Shown here: positions 25,561-38,430 of the stretch, in pieces
How positions within the stretch are numbered: position 1 is the first letter of the stretch
How the letters are laid out: every line of letters starts with the position of its first letter
Assembly (NCBI RefSeq): GCF_030028105.1
Contig: NC_092379.1
Span: 26,653,821-26,717,820, forward strand
Source of the DNA: Mobula birostris
Taxonomy: Eukaryota
Length of the DNA: 64,000 nt
Reading direction: 5' to 3'
The notes under the pieces: model-generated
Databases searched by the model: none
What the model saw: the letters and a program-made list of their open reading frames with translations, nothing else
What the model was told of the DNA's origin: nothing
Program-made: the position numbers and the translations under genes

Positions 25561-25689
25561 ACATCAAAAAAAAAAACTACAGCATAGTATAGGCCCTTCG
25601 GCCCAAATTGCTCTTCCGAACATGGCCTTACTTTTGAACTACCAAGGCTTACCCATAGCCTCTGTCTTTTCAAGCTCTATGGTCCATAT

Positions 25690-26340
25690 AAATGTACAAA
25701 GTGCAATGTATAGTAATTTGAAATAAATAGTACGTTCATCAGGACTCTCGATATAACACAGAAATACAGTTGTATCAACATGAAATTATCAGTCCGATAG
25801 CCTGTGGGCAAAAGTTCTTCGTCCTGATGGTTATGCTGCTGAACCGTTTCGCGGACGGTAGCAGGTGGAACAGTTTGCTGTTGATGTGACGCGGGTCCCC
25901 ACTGAACCTTCGGAATATTTTTACTCATCGGTCTTTACAAATGTCCTGAGTGGTGCGAATTTCACAACTGTGCTACACAAGGCAAGGCGAAGGCCGAGGT
26001 CTCCGAGCTTCTTATGGATCCTGGAGGAAATTACGGTGCTCAAAGCTGTAGTCCAAGAACTGCATTCTCACATCACCATACTTGTTCTCTAGATGGGTGA
26101 GTACGGTGTGCAGAGCTGTGTCTAATGTGTCGGCTGTCGATCGGTTGTGAGGGTAGGCGTATTCCAGGGCTCCAGCATGGGTGGCACCATACTGCAGATG
26201 TAGTCCTTGAGCAGCATTTCAAAGCATTTGCTTTTTATTGAGGAGAGTCCGACAGGACGCCAGTCGCCCATACATGTTACGTTGGTCTTTTTTTTTAAGT
26301 GCAGGAAGATTGATAACTGGGAGACGTAGAGATAAAAAAA
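25690..26340 (-). mobile_element. Internally deleted Rex1/Babar LINE, copy 2
   Basis: Nucleotide homology to 21620-22315, including CCAGCATGGGTGGCA, TCCTTGAGCAGCAT and CATGTTACGTTGGTCT. Confidence 0.75.
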
Positions 26341-26344
26341 TATA

Positions 26345-27420
26345 TATATTTGTAAACACAGTTGCTAGCTGTCATAATTCCTTTATAGGTTCTCGGTCTC
26401 TGGCCTTTAGTTAGTAGAACCTAATTTTTTGATTATACGTCCTCTTATTTCCTTGATTCTACTTGGTAACCGATACCTCAGGTAGTTCATAAGCCTTCTT
26501 TATCTCATAACAGACACATACTTCAGATAAGTCATCTGTTCTAGATCTTCACCACTAGTCCTGAACCAGAGGCAACGAAGAATTTCGCTTCGCGCCAAAA
26601 CATCAGATACTATGACTAGCAGCCTGTAGCTTTGTTCTGCGTACAGCTGTAGCAGTGGACCAGATATCCTATATATTGAATTCACGTTTTTATTTTTCGG
26701 AATCTCCAAGGTTTCAAGCATGTCCAGCAATGTCCGATTCAACTGCTTGGGCTCAACGCCAAGCATGCTCAATAGCTCATGTATGATCCCACACGCGAAA
26801 TTCGGACAAACATAAACGAAATGCTTCTTCCACAACACTGGCCCCAGTGGACACCTTCTGACCCAAGACAGGGAATGCTTGTGCAAATATGGTGCAGTGA
26901 TCCATAATAACCAAAACCTTCATTATGTTTCGGGCATCAGACTCTATTGATAGGAAAATCATACACAACAGATCAAGTAGCCGCGTACGCTGCTAGTGCG
27001 ATCGGCCTCGTCTTCCTCTTAATACATCGAATGCACAGCTTACTGATCTCTTCGAACTCCGGCTTCGTTCGCAGTCAATAGAACCGATATCTGAGTACAC
27101 CACAGCCCTTGCAAACCACAAAATGGCCGGAATAGTTATGAAGTGACTTCAACTCAATCCTCCAAGCCTTCTCTGGCAGAAGCAACTGGTAACGCCGTGG
27201 TGGGTCTGGAGGCGAAGATCCCAGTATTGATTCTGATACCTCAAATTCATTATAGACCGTTCTCTGAGTAATACAGACACCGTATTGTGTTTCATATTGT
27301 CTGCATGGGTAGTGTCCACTTTCGCTTCTCTGTACCAAATACAGGTCGGGAACTGCACACCTGGTCAGCTTCGGGAAGTCCACACACATCTGTACCTGTA
27401 TTGGTACTGCTCATGTGGTT
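26345..27420 (-). mobile_element. Ty3/Gypsy integrase region, copy 2 (H2C2 + rve)
   Basis: YQLLLPEKAWRIELKSLHNYSGH...RYRFY; LVIMDHCTIFAQAFP. Confidence 0.82.
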
Positions 27421-27479
27421 CCAATATTTTAAAAAAAAAAAGGTTCTACGAATAAACCTGGCAATTATTGGCCTGTGAG

Positions 27480-28805
27480 TTTGACGCCAGTGGTTGGTAA
27501 ATTGATGGGAAGTATTTTTAGAGATGGTATATATAAATTCTGGATAGACAGTGTCTGATTAGGAACAGTCAACATGGAGCTGTGCGTGGGATATCATGTT
27601 TGACAAATCTTATTGATTATTTTGATGAGGTTACTAACAAAGTTGACTAGTGTAAAACAGTGGATGTTGTCTATATGGACATCAGTAAGGCCTTTGACAA
27701 GATTCCACACGGAAGATTAGTTAGGAAGGTTCAATCGTTAGGCATTAACATGGAAGTAGTAAAATGGATTCAGCAGTGGCTAGATGGGAGACACCAGAGA
27801 GTAGCGATGGGTAACTGTATGTCAGATTGAAGGACGATGTTTAATGTTGTGCCTCTGAGATCTGTACTTGCTCCAATAGTTTTGTAATATATATTAATGA
27901 TCTGGACGAAAGGGTGGTAAATTGGATTAGTTAATATGCAGATGATACTAAGATAGGTGGATTTGTGGATGACGACGTAAGTTTTCAAAGCTTGCAGAGA
28001 GATCGAGGACAGTTAGAAGAGTGGGCTGAACGATGGCAGATTTTGATGCTGAAAATGTGAGGTACTACATTTTGGTAGAACTAATCAAAATAGAACATAC
28101 ATGGTCAATGGTAGGGCATTAACTAATGCTTTAGAACAGAGGGATCTAGGAACAATGGTGCATAGACCACTGAAGATGGAATCTAATGTCGTTAGGGTGG
28201 TGAATAAAGCATTTGGTTTGCTGGCCTTCATTAATCAGAGCATTGAGTATAAGAGTTGGGATGTAATGTTGAATTTGTATAAGCCATTGGTAAGTCCAAA
28301 TATGGAGTATTGTGTGCAGTTCTGGTCTCCGAATTATAGGAAAAATATCAATAAAATTGAGAGAGTACAGAGGAGGTTTACTAAAATGTTGCCTGGGTTT
28401 CATCTCCAAAGTTACAGAGAAAGGTTGAACAAGTTATGTCTTTATTCTTTAGATGGCGATTGATAGAGTTGACGAGGTTAGACTTTTTCTTCCATTGAGA
28501 GTGGGGAAGATTCAAACAAGAGGACATGAGTTGAGAATTAGAGCACAAAAGTTTAGGGGTAACATGAGGGGAAACTTCTTTACTCAGAATGTGGTAGCTG
28601 TGTGGAATCAGCTCCCAGCAGAAGTCGTTGAGGCATGTTCTATGTTGCAGTTTAATGTTAAATTAGAAAGATATATGGACAGGTAAGGAATGGAGGGTTA
28701 TGGGCTGAGTCTCAGGTCGGTGAGACAAGGATACGGTAAGATTTAGGCACGGGCTAGAAGGGCCAAGATGGCCTGTTTCCGTGCTGTAATTGATGTATGG
28801 TTATA
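27480..28805 (+). mobile_element. CR1 LINE 3' part inserted in the Gypsy pol region
   Basis: EQRDLG, NMEYCVQFWSPNYRK and ERVQRRFTKMLPG; CR1 3' UTR ending near 28800. Confidence 0.9.
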
Positions 28806-28809
28806 TATA

Positions 28810-31545
28810 TGGTTATACTTTAGCATTCTTCTGTCTGGCCACCACTAGTGGAGATACAAATATGTTTCCGGACTCATAGATCAGTTCAGCTTCCTTCAAC
28901 TTCTTCATGTGCTGCCGAACGTCCTCCCAGTCTGCAGGCGCCGCTCGCCGCGACCATTCTCTGAAAGGGGTACTCTCTGTCATCCGGGTGGTTAGCGAGT
29001 GCACTCAGAACTACACACATCAAACTCATGAGTAGAAAATACATCTTCCAGTTTCATCCCCTCCTCTAACAGCCTCTTCTTCCAACCTTCAGGTAACGAG
29101 GAATCCCCAAATTTGAATGACTCGGCAGTCATCTACCGGTTTTTTGAAAAGAGTCCCCTCCCCGGCTTGTCTCACATGGACACCAGTCATTACCGTCACC
29201 GGAGATATTTGTGCAATTGACATCCCTCGCATGAAGGAGACCACCCTCTCTGAATTGTTCCAGACAATCACTATCAGCCTGTTCACCAGTAGAACCAAGG
29301 TGTACTGCAATTCGGGCCTTGCCAGTACAATAGTAGAAAAAACATGACTCCTCTTTGTGCTGTTCCAAAGAATCGATCAAGAGAAGCTCGGCATCATGCA
29401 TTCCTGGAAATTTGGTGTTTACCGTCACTCCAGCTGATTCCCCAGGCCGTAACACGAGTGGTTTGGATTGGGCGCACAGTCGTTCCCTAATGATTAGCCA
29501 TCAGCCTAGTGCGTCCAGGCGCGTCTTTAAATGCAGATCGGAGCACAGAGTGAATAGACAAGGTTTTCAGAATGCTTTCTACAATTTTCCCCTTGTAAGC
29601 TTTCGTGTGCCTCTCCAGCATATGTGTACTTGTCCTCACAAGAATTCATGCTTCGCCTTGCCAATCGGATGCGGCCAAACTATACTCAAGAATCAAATGC
29701 CTCAGGTGCTCCCACATCTGCTTCCAAAAAATCCAGCTGCAATGGCATGTGACCATCATACGGATAGTCCTCCGAACTCATACTCCAGATCCATCGCGCA
29801 CTGATTTGCGTCAATGGTAAATGCTTCAAACACAGTTTGTAAATCGAACGGTATTGCAGAGAAAACTAAAAGCTGGTGTCAAGCACCGATGTAGCATAAA
29901 TACCCGCAATCTGTAGCGACAGAGAGGAGCTTGGCCCCACGAAGCCTTCAGGAATATATATATATATATTTTCTTGTTGCCCTTGCGTGTTCCTTGATAT
30001 ATAGCTGGGAATGAGCGCCCCGAATTGCCAAGTCGTTCCCTCAACAGTCTCGTCGCTTCGGTATCTCGGGACTCATTCTCCGAGGGCATTCTCTTTCTTC
30101 ACACTCCTTCTTGAAGTGTCGCTCTTCACCATATATTTTACAAACAATACATGTCGTTCTCCTTCTTGCAGGATGCCGATCGCTTGCAGCCCTCGGCATA
30201 GTCCGTCCAGTCAGGGGTTCTGGCTCACAGTCGGCTTCATCTGCTTTATCGGCCCCAAACTGCAAAGAAAAAACGGGGCATCCCAGCCCTTATCGCTCTC
30301 ACGAGGTCATTTCGTACTCCCCGGCGTGGGCTATCAGTGGTCACTACAGCCAATCGTGGCACTACCGAGGATTTTACCCTGCTGACGGAGGCCTCCTGCG
30401 CCTCTATCGTATTTTCCTCTTCTCATACCTATCTGATCAGCTTGATAACCGAAGGAAGTGTGCGCGTCCTACGAGTCATTTGGAGACCTCAGGCGATCAA
30501 GCTCTATGACTGTGCGTTTTTTTGCCACTTGGGCCATTATTAACTGATTCACCACAGCCGTTTAAATGCCCCCTACGCCGCAAGCAACTTATCCTCCTTT
30601 TCTCCCAAAGAGTTCAGTCAAAAAGGGTCTCTCCGTCTCCTGAAACATATTCTGAAATCATATCATGAACTCCTTTCTGCTTCCCATCGCTCAAAGAAGC
30701 GTTTTTTAGGGTTTGCATGTAACCCGCAGAAGCAGCAAAGACCATATTCGTCTTTAAAAATCTTAACGGACAGCCTCTCCAAACTCTTCAACATTCACTG
30801 TCTTTATATGTTGTCAGAGCACTGTGTTTCGTCAGGCACCTGAGAGGTCTGCTCCATCCAAGTCTCAAATCCACTTACCCGTCATGGGCTGGCGTCATTT
30901 ACTACACCATGCTGAGCCTACGATAGCTCTGACTTTGAACCTGGGTATTTGGTCATTTATTTGCTTGGGATATAAGGGCCGCTATCAACTTAGAATGCTC
31001 ACCCCTTACTGGAAGAGTCATTTGACCTTCCAGATCATCCTGCTCCTTCCCATCGTTCCGCAGAAACGAGAGCAACTTGTTTATGATGTATCCATTCCAG
31101 ATACGGAAAATTCGGCTTCTGCTTCGGCACTCCTGCCTACACTTCCCTCCTCCTGGGAGCATGTTCAGCCATTGCCCAACCCCCTCTCTGGAGGTCACTA
31201 TAGTACCGGGCAGCTTCACTGCCGTTACGTCAGCGCCATCCTTAACCGAAATAAAGTTTTTGCCCGTTATTTTGTCAATCCTCCGCTCCATTATCCTAAC
31301 TTTTGCTTATGCCTTAACGGTACTTAAAATCCGAATTAACAATTCCTTGGGGCTACGAATGTATATCCCACTGAACACCCCCGTGTTCGTTACCGGTAAC
31401 CACGTCGTTCGCACAACCGCTCAAGCCCTGCAGTGTCCATAACCACGTTTCACAATCACTTCACCTGGCAATATTTGAACACAGGCTTAAACACAGAAGC
31501 CCTGGGTCAAAGCTCAGGGCGATCGCACAGAATCCAAATTAATCG
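28810..31545 (-). mobile_element. Ty3/Gypsy gag-protease-RT(N-term) with PNMA-like gag, decayed
   Basis: Gag zinc-knuckle remnant C..GEERHFKKEC (~30110-30150); protease block IPEGFVGPSS...VLDTS (~29880-29970); LKHLPL..DYPYDG; RT start PFREWSRR..EDVRQH..SPLVVARQK (28813-29004). Confidence 0.8.
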
Positions 31546-31563
31546 ATCCTGGACGAGCCCCAA
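31546..31563 (-). promoter_or_regulatory. Primer-binding site, tRNA-Pro type
   Basis: - strand TTGGGGCTCGTCCAGGAT matches the canonical TGGGGGCTCGTCCGGGAT at 16/18 and lies directly 5' of gag. Confidence 0.8.
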
Positions 31564-32050
31564 CAAATGAGTCTCTGTTGGTTTCCATTGCTCTCGATGT
31601 CCAGAGAAGACGCAGTCCTGACCCGCCAAACCAGTGAGGTGACCGTGGTTCTCCTTCCCGAAACCTCGGTTTGTGTGGATGCTATGTTAGTTGTTACCCT
31701 GTTGCAACTCATTGCCGAGAAACAACAGACAGCGCACCGCATAGTATTTAAGGAATGATATTTATGATTCTTGACTAAATGTCTAGAAAGAAAAGAATGA
31801 AAATTAACACAAATAGGGCGCATTGCAATTAAAAGGGTAAAATGTGCACCTGTTGGAGCTCAATTCGCTGATCCTCAGTCGATCTCATCGCCTGGTTCAA
31901 TCGAATCACAATTTTATCACCCGCTCGTATCCTTCAACCGGTTCTCGCCAGCCTCTTCTCTATTTATCTCCCAACGAACAACGACCCAGCTCACATTCCA
32001 AAGCACCCATTATCTCTAACCAGGAAGTTGAGAAATTGGCATGATGGGAA
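31564..32050 (-). mobile_element. Probable 5' LTR of the Gypsy element (far boundary uncertain)
   Basis: Position immediately upstream of the PBS; no partner LTR confidently found. Confidence 0.4.
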
Positions 32051-32595
32051 GTATCATAAACACAATGCTTCCATATTTGTAGCCTGAGAATTTTACAGTC
32101 GTAATCGATGAGTTAATGTACATTGTGAACAATATCCTTACCGAAGAATAGTGAAATAATGGTGTGTGGTGAAATAAAGGTCCATATAATGGTTCCTGCG
32201 TCCGTTAAATATTATTCACTGGTCTAATACGACATAGAATCAGAAGCAGAGCAGAACTTGCACTCCATCACCGACTGCAGAGTTGTATTCGCTGCATGAG
32301 TCTACGCAATAGAGCAATTATATTTGCCGCTCACTGAATTCACAATTTCAACGAAACACGTCAAAACATTATCACGTGCTTTATTCGTATATTTTAGAAA
32401 GTCAATTTGACGACTACGGTGGTTAATATCATCGTTCGCCTGTGAGAACACTTCGAAGCTGTTCCTTTCAACGAAAATAATTGTTGCCTAAATGCATCAA
32501 AATGCAGTGAAGTGTAGCGATACATCTGAGGCCCTAATGACAGAGCATGTTTCGTTCCTTGGGGAATACATTCTCAATTTCTCTTTCGCAATCCC

Positions 32596-32626
<31 letters not shown>
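32596..32626. repeat. (GT)n(GA)n microsatellite
   Basis: Directly visible. Confidence 0.9.
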
Positions 32627-34407
32627 TTTGCCTGTTTAGTGGTCTATGTGTCTATGCCGATTCTCTCACTGGATTGAGCCGTATGAAACAGAGAAAAAAA
32701 TGCATTGAACGCAGGGAAGTTTTCATTCCTTTGAATTCATTTAACTGCAATTGTATTTTGTATGTCCTATTACCCGAGCCTTCCGCTAATTAGATCGAAC
32801 TGAAATCATGCTATTTTCAATCTTTCTCCGATCTCACCCTGCCTGCCTACTTGAAAACAAAATGGTGCTGCTATCAGAATTTGGAAGCTTCAATATGCAT
32901 CCATTGTCTTTGCAGATAAAATGTCACATTTTAATTGGAAGCTTCCTTTAAAAAAAAATAGATACCCTTACATTTTTCGGTTTGATGCATGTCGAATTAA
33001 ATTAACCCCATTGTTTCGAAGTACATCTCTTGAGCAATGAACCCGTCGTGTAAGGTCAGCTGTCAGTGATCTACAGAGAGTGCTGTTTATATGTTAAACT
33101 GTCCGGCTAACTACCGGCATGATTATAGTTTACAATTTGCTCGAAGAACTGCAGACAGATACTCGTTTATGAGAAGAAGCTGAACAAAGCATGTTAGCTG
33201 GAAGTTGAACTGTTTAAAACAATCATTTGTCCCAAGAGGGGTTAGATGCTGTGTAAGAAAGGCGAACGAAGTAAAAGAATAAAATAATTTAACGGTAATC
33301 AGCAGACGTTAAAAAACAAAAGACACCATATCAGATATCTATTGATGTGTGTTCGATAATGGGGAGCCTCTAAGACGGAGCTGATAGAATTTCCAAAATC
33401 CCGCGAAGTTGTCCAATCCCATGCAGGTGCCCCTCCATCGCGGAGAGTGATGCAACCATTGGAAAGTCCGCACAGATGTGAAAAAACGGTTGTAACATTT
33501 TCTTTATGGGGCAGGTATATCAGTGCAATCATTTTTCATCCCATAGTTTCTACAGCAAATTAACTTACTTGCATCAGAAAACTTGTTTCATATTGGATTG
33601 AAGTGCCTGGTTGCATAAAATAAGTTCTGTAATAGTTTATGGCTTGAAACGTTAACTGTATATTATTGGTTCATTTTTCGAGAATATTGCAGGATGTAAG
33701 CCAATAATGGCATTTCCTTCTCCTTATGCAGGACCAGACTATGTGTTGCTAGTTACCAACAGGAAAATTTATGTTATTTACGTATGACACAGAATGCAAT
33801 TTCGCTCCTTGTGATTGAAACACGTTCAACAATCAGGGCCTCAGAATTGTAAATTCAATTCGTTCCGTCCGTCATTCAAGGTTGTAATTGTCCAAGGGTT
33901 ACAAAAAAAAAAGAAGAAGAAGAAATCAGCAATTTGAATCCAACATCGTATTTGATCTTCTAACGGAGAGATCAATCGACACAAAACTTAATATGCATAC
34001 TTTAGAGTTTTTTTTTTCGTTATATCTCATTGGTATATTTTAATGTTGAATGATGGAGTTGTCTCCAGAGAGTGCTCTACTTGCTGATCCGGCACTGAAA
34101 AATGCAGAAAAAACCTTTTCAAAATATTATGAAAAGAACGTATTTTAATTTCTTAGGGCTTCTGCCGGGTGCGGGTCAATGGATAGATGTTTCTTGTCGT
34201 CGACGATGGTATCTACAGCTATCATAGTTATTCGTTTCATTGTTGTCCTTCGGCTTCAGCAATTCTGCTTTCCGAATTGGCAGATGTATTAACTCAGTTT
34301 CAGTGACGGAAGTTCACTTTTGTTATTTGTCGGAATGATTAGCAAATAGGCAGGTGGTCGTGAGTTAATAACTATAATTATCAGTGCTGGCTACTCAGCG
34401 TCTCCGT

Positions 34408-34446
34408 TTCTGTTTGTTTGTTTGTTTGTCTGTTTGTTTGTTTGTT
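34408..34446. repeat. (TTTG)n microsatellite
   Basis: Directly visible. Confidence 0.9.
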
Positions 34447-35779
34447 TTTTTCTCAGCAACCCTCGCTGTTGTGAGAATTGTTCCCGGTTAACTGAACGAA
34501 AACTGATCAATGAGATTTATTGGTGTGGTTCTGCTTCTACAAGTGCAGGGGTTCTTACTGATTTTCTCTTCTATGGATCCCTTTGAAAGCCTTATAAGAC
34601 CGATGCGCACATTCTTAGACATAGCATTCAAATATATAAAGCACAATGCACAGCATTACAAAAATATATTTTAAAAAAATGCTGATATCTTAAACAATGT
34701 GTGATATCATAATATATGTTTTTCATTACAACACATTTAAGAAATAGAATGTATATTTAAACATAAATCTAAGCATGTATATTTAAACATACATTTTATT
34801 TTTGAATAACATAAGAATGATATAGTTGGTTTTGCATGGCTAAAATCGAAATCCTGAAGGAGTAATACGATTGTGTAAGGTATTCTGAGATTAATTCCAA
34901 ATAACCGTAAGTTTTATTGTCCTAATCAGTTTTTATCTGTCCGCAATTTCGACACAGTCTGTATTATAAAACAAAGGACTGCAGAGCCATGTTGAAGCTC
35001 AAAGTATCAAGAGGCAAACAACATCAGAGCAGTGTTCTGAAGTGCTCCCAGGTTTTCATAGATTTTTCTCTTCAAGGAAATTGAAAGAGTATTTTATGTC
35101 TCAACTCGATCTTTGTATAGCACTTCCTGCAGAATTTCAAAGTTTGAAACGAAGTCGGCCTTTACTCTGTTTTATTTTCAATATCGGCAGATTAGCCAAA
35201 TGTTTTGAATTGTTTTTTCAGTGTATGGTAACTTAAAGGTCTTGGTTCGAATTATCTGTCAGTTAAGCCTCCGCAATTATGTAACCCACTATTTCAATTA
35301 TTTTTTTAAGCATGTTTGTTTTCATTCAGAAAATAAAGTGAATCTTCTGTGCATAATTCTGTCAAGGCCTTAATACTTGTTATCTGCCAAGCTGGGAACC
35401 CGCCGTGTGGTGGAGAAACACTGCATATTCTGCATCCATTTCTTGATAAAGTAGTTAAAAATGCGAATATTCAAGCACATGATTCGAAACCTTTTGATAA
35501 CCTTAATAGTTGTTTTAAAATTTCTTTCAGATGTCGTTGGGAAAGTTTTGCTGTCATTCGTTCCCTGTGTAAAAAACGAGTTATGAAGACAGAAGGTAAA
35601 AACTATATATTGACAACTATCGTAGAGCTCTATCTGTGCAATTTTTTTATTATATTCCAGTTAACTTGTTTGTCTAAAAACTTTGCATTTCGGCTACGTT
35701 GACGGCCTATACAGTTTCCGGTATGCACTCACAAAACAATACTTCTCCAACTACGCCGTCATGTGCATAACGTTAAAAA

Positions 35780-36520
35780 AGAAGCTGGCTATACTGAGCA
35801 GCACACAAAAATAAGAGGGATTTCAGCAGGACAGACAGCATCTATGGGAAAAGGCACAGTGGACGTCACCGGCCGAAACATTCAGGCAGCAGAAACAACG
35901 CTGAGGAGTAGCTTTAACAGTTGGGTGACGGAACAGAAAAATGCCAGGTGATAAGCGAATCCTGGTGGGGGTTCCATTTCGATGTCCATCTCTGGCGTCC
36001 TCCAGTGCGGGGATGAGGCACACTTAATGTGGAAGAGCAGCAGCAGCTTATATTCTATTTCGGTAACCTCCAACCTGATGGAATGAGCATCGATGTTCTC
36101 AAAATTTCGGTAAGATCCGCAGTGCTGCATTTCCCATCCACTTGTCCGACTCTCAGCTTATCTCTTTGCCCGCCCATGATCTACCTCTGGTACTCCCCCC
36201 CCCACCCCCACCACCCTCTTTTCGTTCTTCCATGGCCACCTTCCTCTTTACCAATCAATTTCTCAGCTCTTTCCTTCATCCCTGCCCATCCAACTTTCGC
36301 CTATCACCTAATGCTTCTCCCTGACCTCCTCGTTTAAATGTTTTCCTCAGTTTTCTATTATCTGTTCACATCTACTGCCGATGTGTTTCATATTGAAACG
36401 TTGTCTGTACATTTCTTTTCCAAAAAAGCTGCCTGGCCTGTCTAGTCCTCCAGCATTCTGTGTGTGTTGCTCGGATTTCCATCATCTGTGGATTTCCTCT
36501 TGCTTGCGATCTGAGAAATG
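35780..36520 (+). mobile_element. 5'-truncated Penelope-like element with inverted 5' pseudo-LTR
   Basis: EEQQQLIFYFGNLQPDGMSID (GIY-YIG C-terminus) at 36029; + strand pLTR at ~36375-36500; - strand pLTR at ~35780-35890. Confidence 0.72.
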
Positions 36521-36699
36521 CCTGAAGTTAAATCCAATTGTACACTGAACGGGAATTGCGAGGCTGCCAATTTCTGAATGACACACTTGAAATGTGTTCC
36601 ACACAAATCAGCTGTGCATTAACCTATCGCATTATTTGTTCAGGGACGTTTTTTTCATTTTTTTTTTCCCTGCTCCAGTCTACACAGAGCACTACCAGT

Positions 36700-36970
36700 T
36701 CAGATAACTTGACCAAATTCCCTCGAATAGGTTGAGAATTGTTCTGTTCGGTAATCAGGTAAGTAGCTTGAAAGAATGCTTAAGTGAAAGGATTTTATGA
36801 AATGGCAAATCCATGTTTTGAAAGTGTCGCAACTTTTTCGAATTAAGCTTGAAGTGCAGAAATAAAACGCACCCTTAGATGCATTTTCTGTATCCATAGC
36901 TATGAGGTGATCTTTCAGTTCTGCTGCCTTCATTCTTCTATTCTCAAAACTTCGTCCACATAACAATGTG
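36700..36970 (-). mobile_element. hAT (Charlie/ZBED5-FAM200-like) transposase N-terminal fragment
   Basis: LCGRSFENRRMKAAELKDHLIAMDTENASKGAFYF resembles the CxxLSNxSMKPSKLKRHLETKH..KPLEFF motif. Confidence 0.55.
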
Positions 36971-37389
36971 GCATTTGTTTTTTGTCACGGCATTTAAAGG
37001 AACTCAAGCCATTTTATTTTTATACCTTGCAATTTCTCTAGTCCACCCTGGATGATTCAACATTCTCCTAGCATATTCACCCCTTTTTTAAGATATAATT
37101 AGGTCTCTGAAAAACAGAACCACACCACGGACTATAGCTTCCTATCTGATCTTTCGATTAAGAGTATGTCCTTTGATGTTAAGCGCCGAAATAAAGTATT
37201 CTTCCAGTCACGACTCAATAAGCCCACATTGTTAAACCCACTAAACGTTAACTGCGCTAAGATTTCGTCCACTATGTTCAGACTACTCACATTGAAATAC
37301 AACACTTTCAGTCCTATATATTTCGACTTTTTTGATATTTGCTCTGTGGTACCATTTAAATTTTTGCTCCCTCTGCATTTATATCTGTT

Positions 37390-38430
37390 TTTGGTTTGAC
37401 TTTCCTTACATACAGGTTACACCCATTATCTACTTGTAATCCCTTGGTTCATCCTTAGCTCTATCAACCTGGTTTCCATCCCCCTGTATATTAGTTTAAA
37501 ACACTCTCAAAAACTCTGGTAAATTTCCCCGCAAGGGTATTACCTCCCTCGTATTCAAGTGCAACGCGCCCCTTTTTTATGAGAACTACCTGCCCAGAAG
37601 GACTCCCAATTATCAAGAGAGCGGAATCCTTGACTCCTGCTCCAATTTATAGTCACACGTTAGTTTGCCACCTAATTCTATTCCCGTCCTCACTGTCGCC
37701 TGGCACATGCAGCAATCCCAAGAACACTACACTTGAGGTCCAGCTACTCAACTTAATTCCTCCTACTGATTTTTTTTTTTTCAGGCCCTCCTCCTGGTTT
37801 TCTCCTATGTTGTTGGTACCAATTTGTATCCCGACTTCTGGCTGCTTAGACTCCTTGGTCATTATATTGTGGACGCGTCTAGAATCATGCAAGATTTCCG
37901 CACCCTTCAAGCCATCTGCTATCTAAGTTTTCATGTTGCGTCCATAAATTCACAAATCTATACCCATGACTAGACGGTCCGTTGTTACGGCTGCAATCCA
38001 CTTCAGTTCCTTACCCTTCTGCGCCACAGGGCCAAAGTACGTGCCAGAGGCACGGCCTCGGTTGCATTCCAGTAAGGTTGTTACCCCCAGGCAGATCTCA
38101 AAATGGACCACTTAATGTTGAGCAGGGCAGCCTCAGGTGTACTCAGCACGCGAGGTGTTCTCTCTTCCCTCTGCTTACGTTCACACATTTATCTATCTCC
38201 TGCAGAATTGGAATTACGACCTCCCTGTTGCTGCTGTCTATCTCTGATTCACTTACCGTAAAAAGCCTATGTTTATCGAGCTACACCTCCGGTTATACAG
38301 TCTCAGAAGATCTACATTTCAATGCACCTGGCGCAGATGTAGCCATCGGAGCTACTGGAGGTCTCGTAAAAATCCCACAACTGAGAGCCTGAACGAAACA
38401 CCACCTCTGTAGACATGCAGTTGAATAAGA
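37390..38430 (-). mobile_element. CR1 ORF1 (SGNH esterase-like) fragment
   Basis: GAEILHDSRRVHNIM...QPEVGIQIGTNNIG...LSSWTSSVVFLGLLHVP. Confidence 0.8.

Noticed and set aside
29826-30265. piggyBac cysteine-rich C-terminus
   Set aside because: Better explained as a gag CCHC knuckle followed by a retropepsin motif, with a PBS upstream; no TTAA or TIRs.
34510-35290. Leader-like MRFIGVVLLLQVQ plus a faint YFQYRQ motif
   Set aside because: No donor, no coherent V frame and no convincing RSS.
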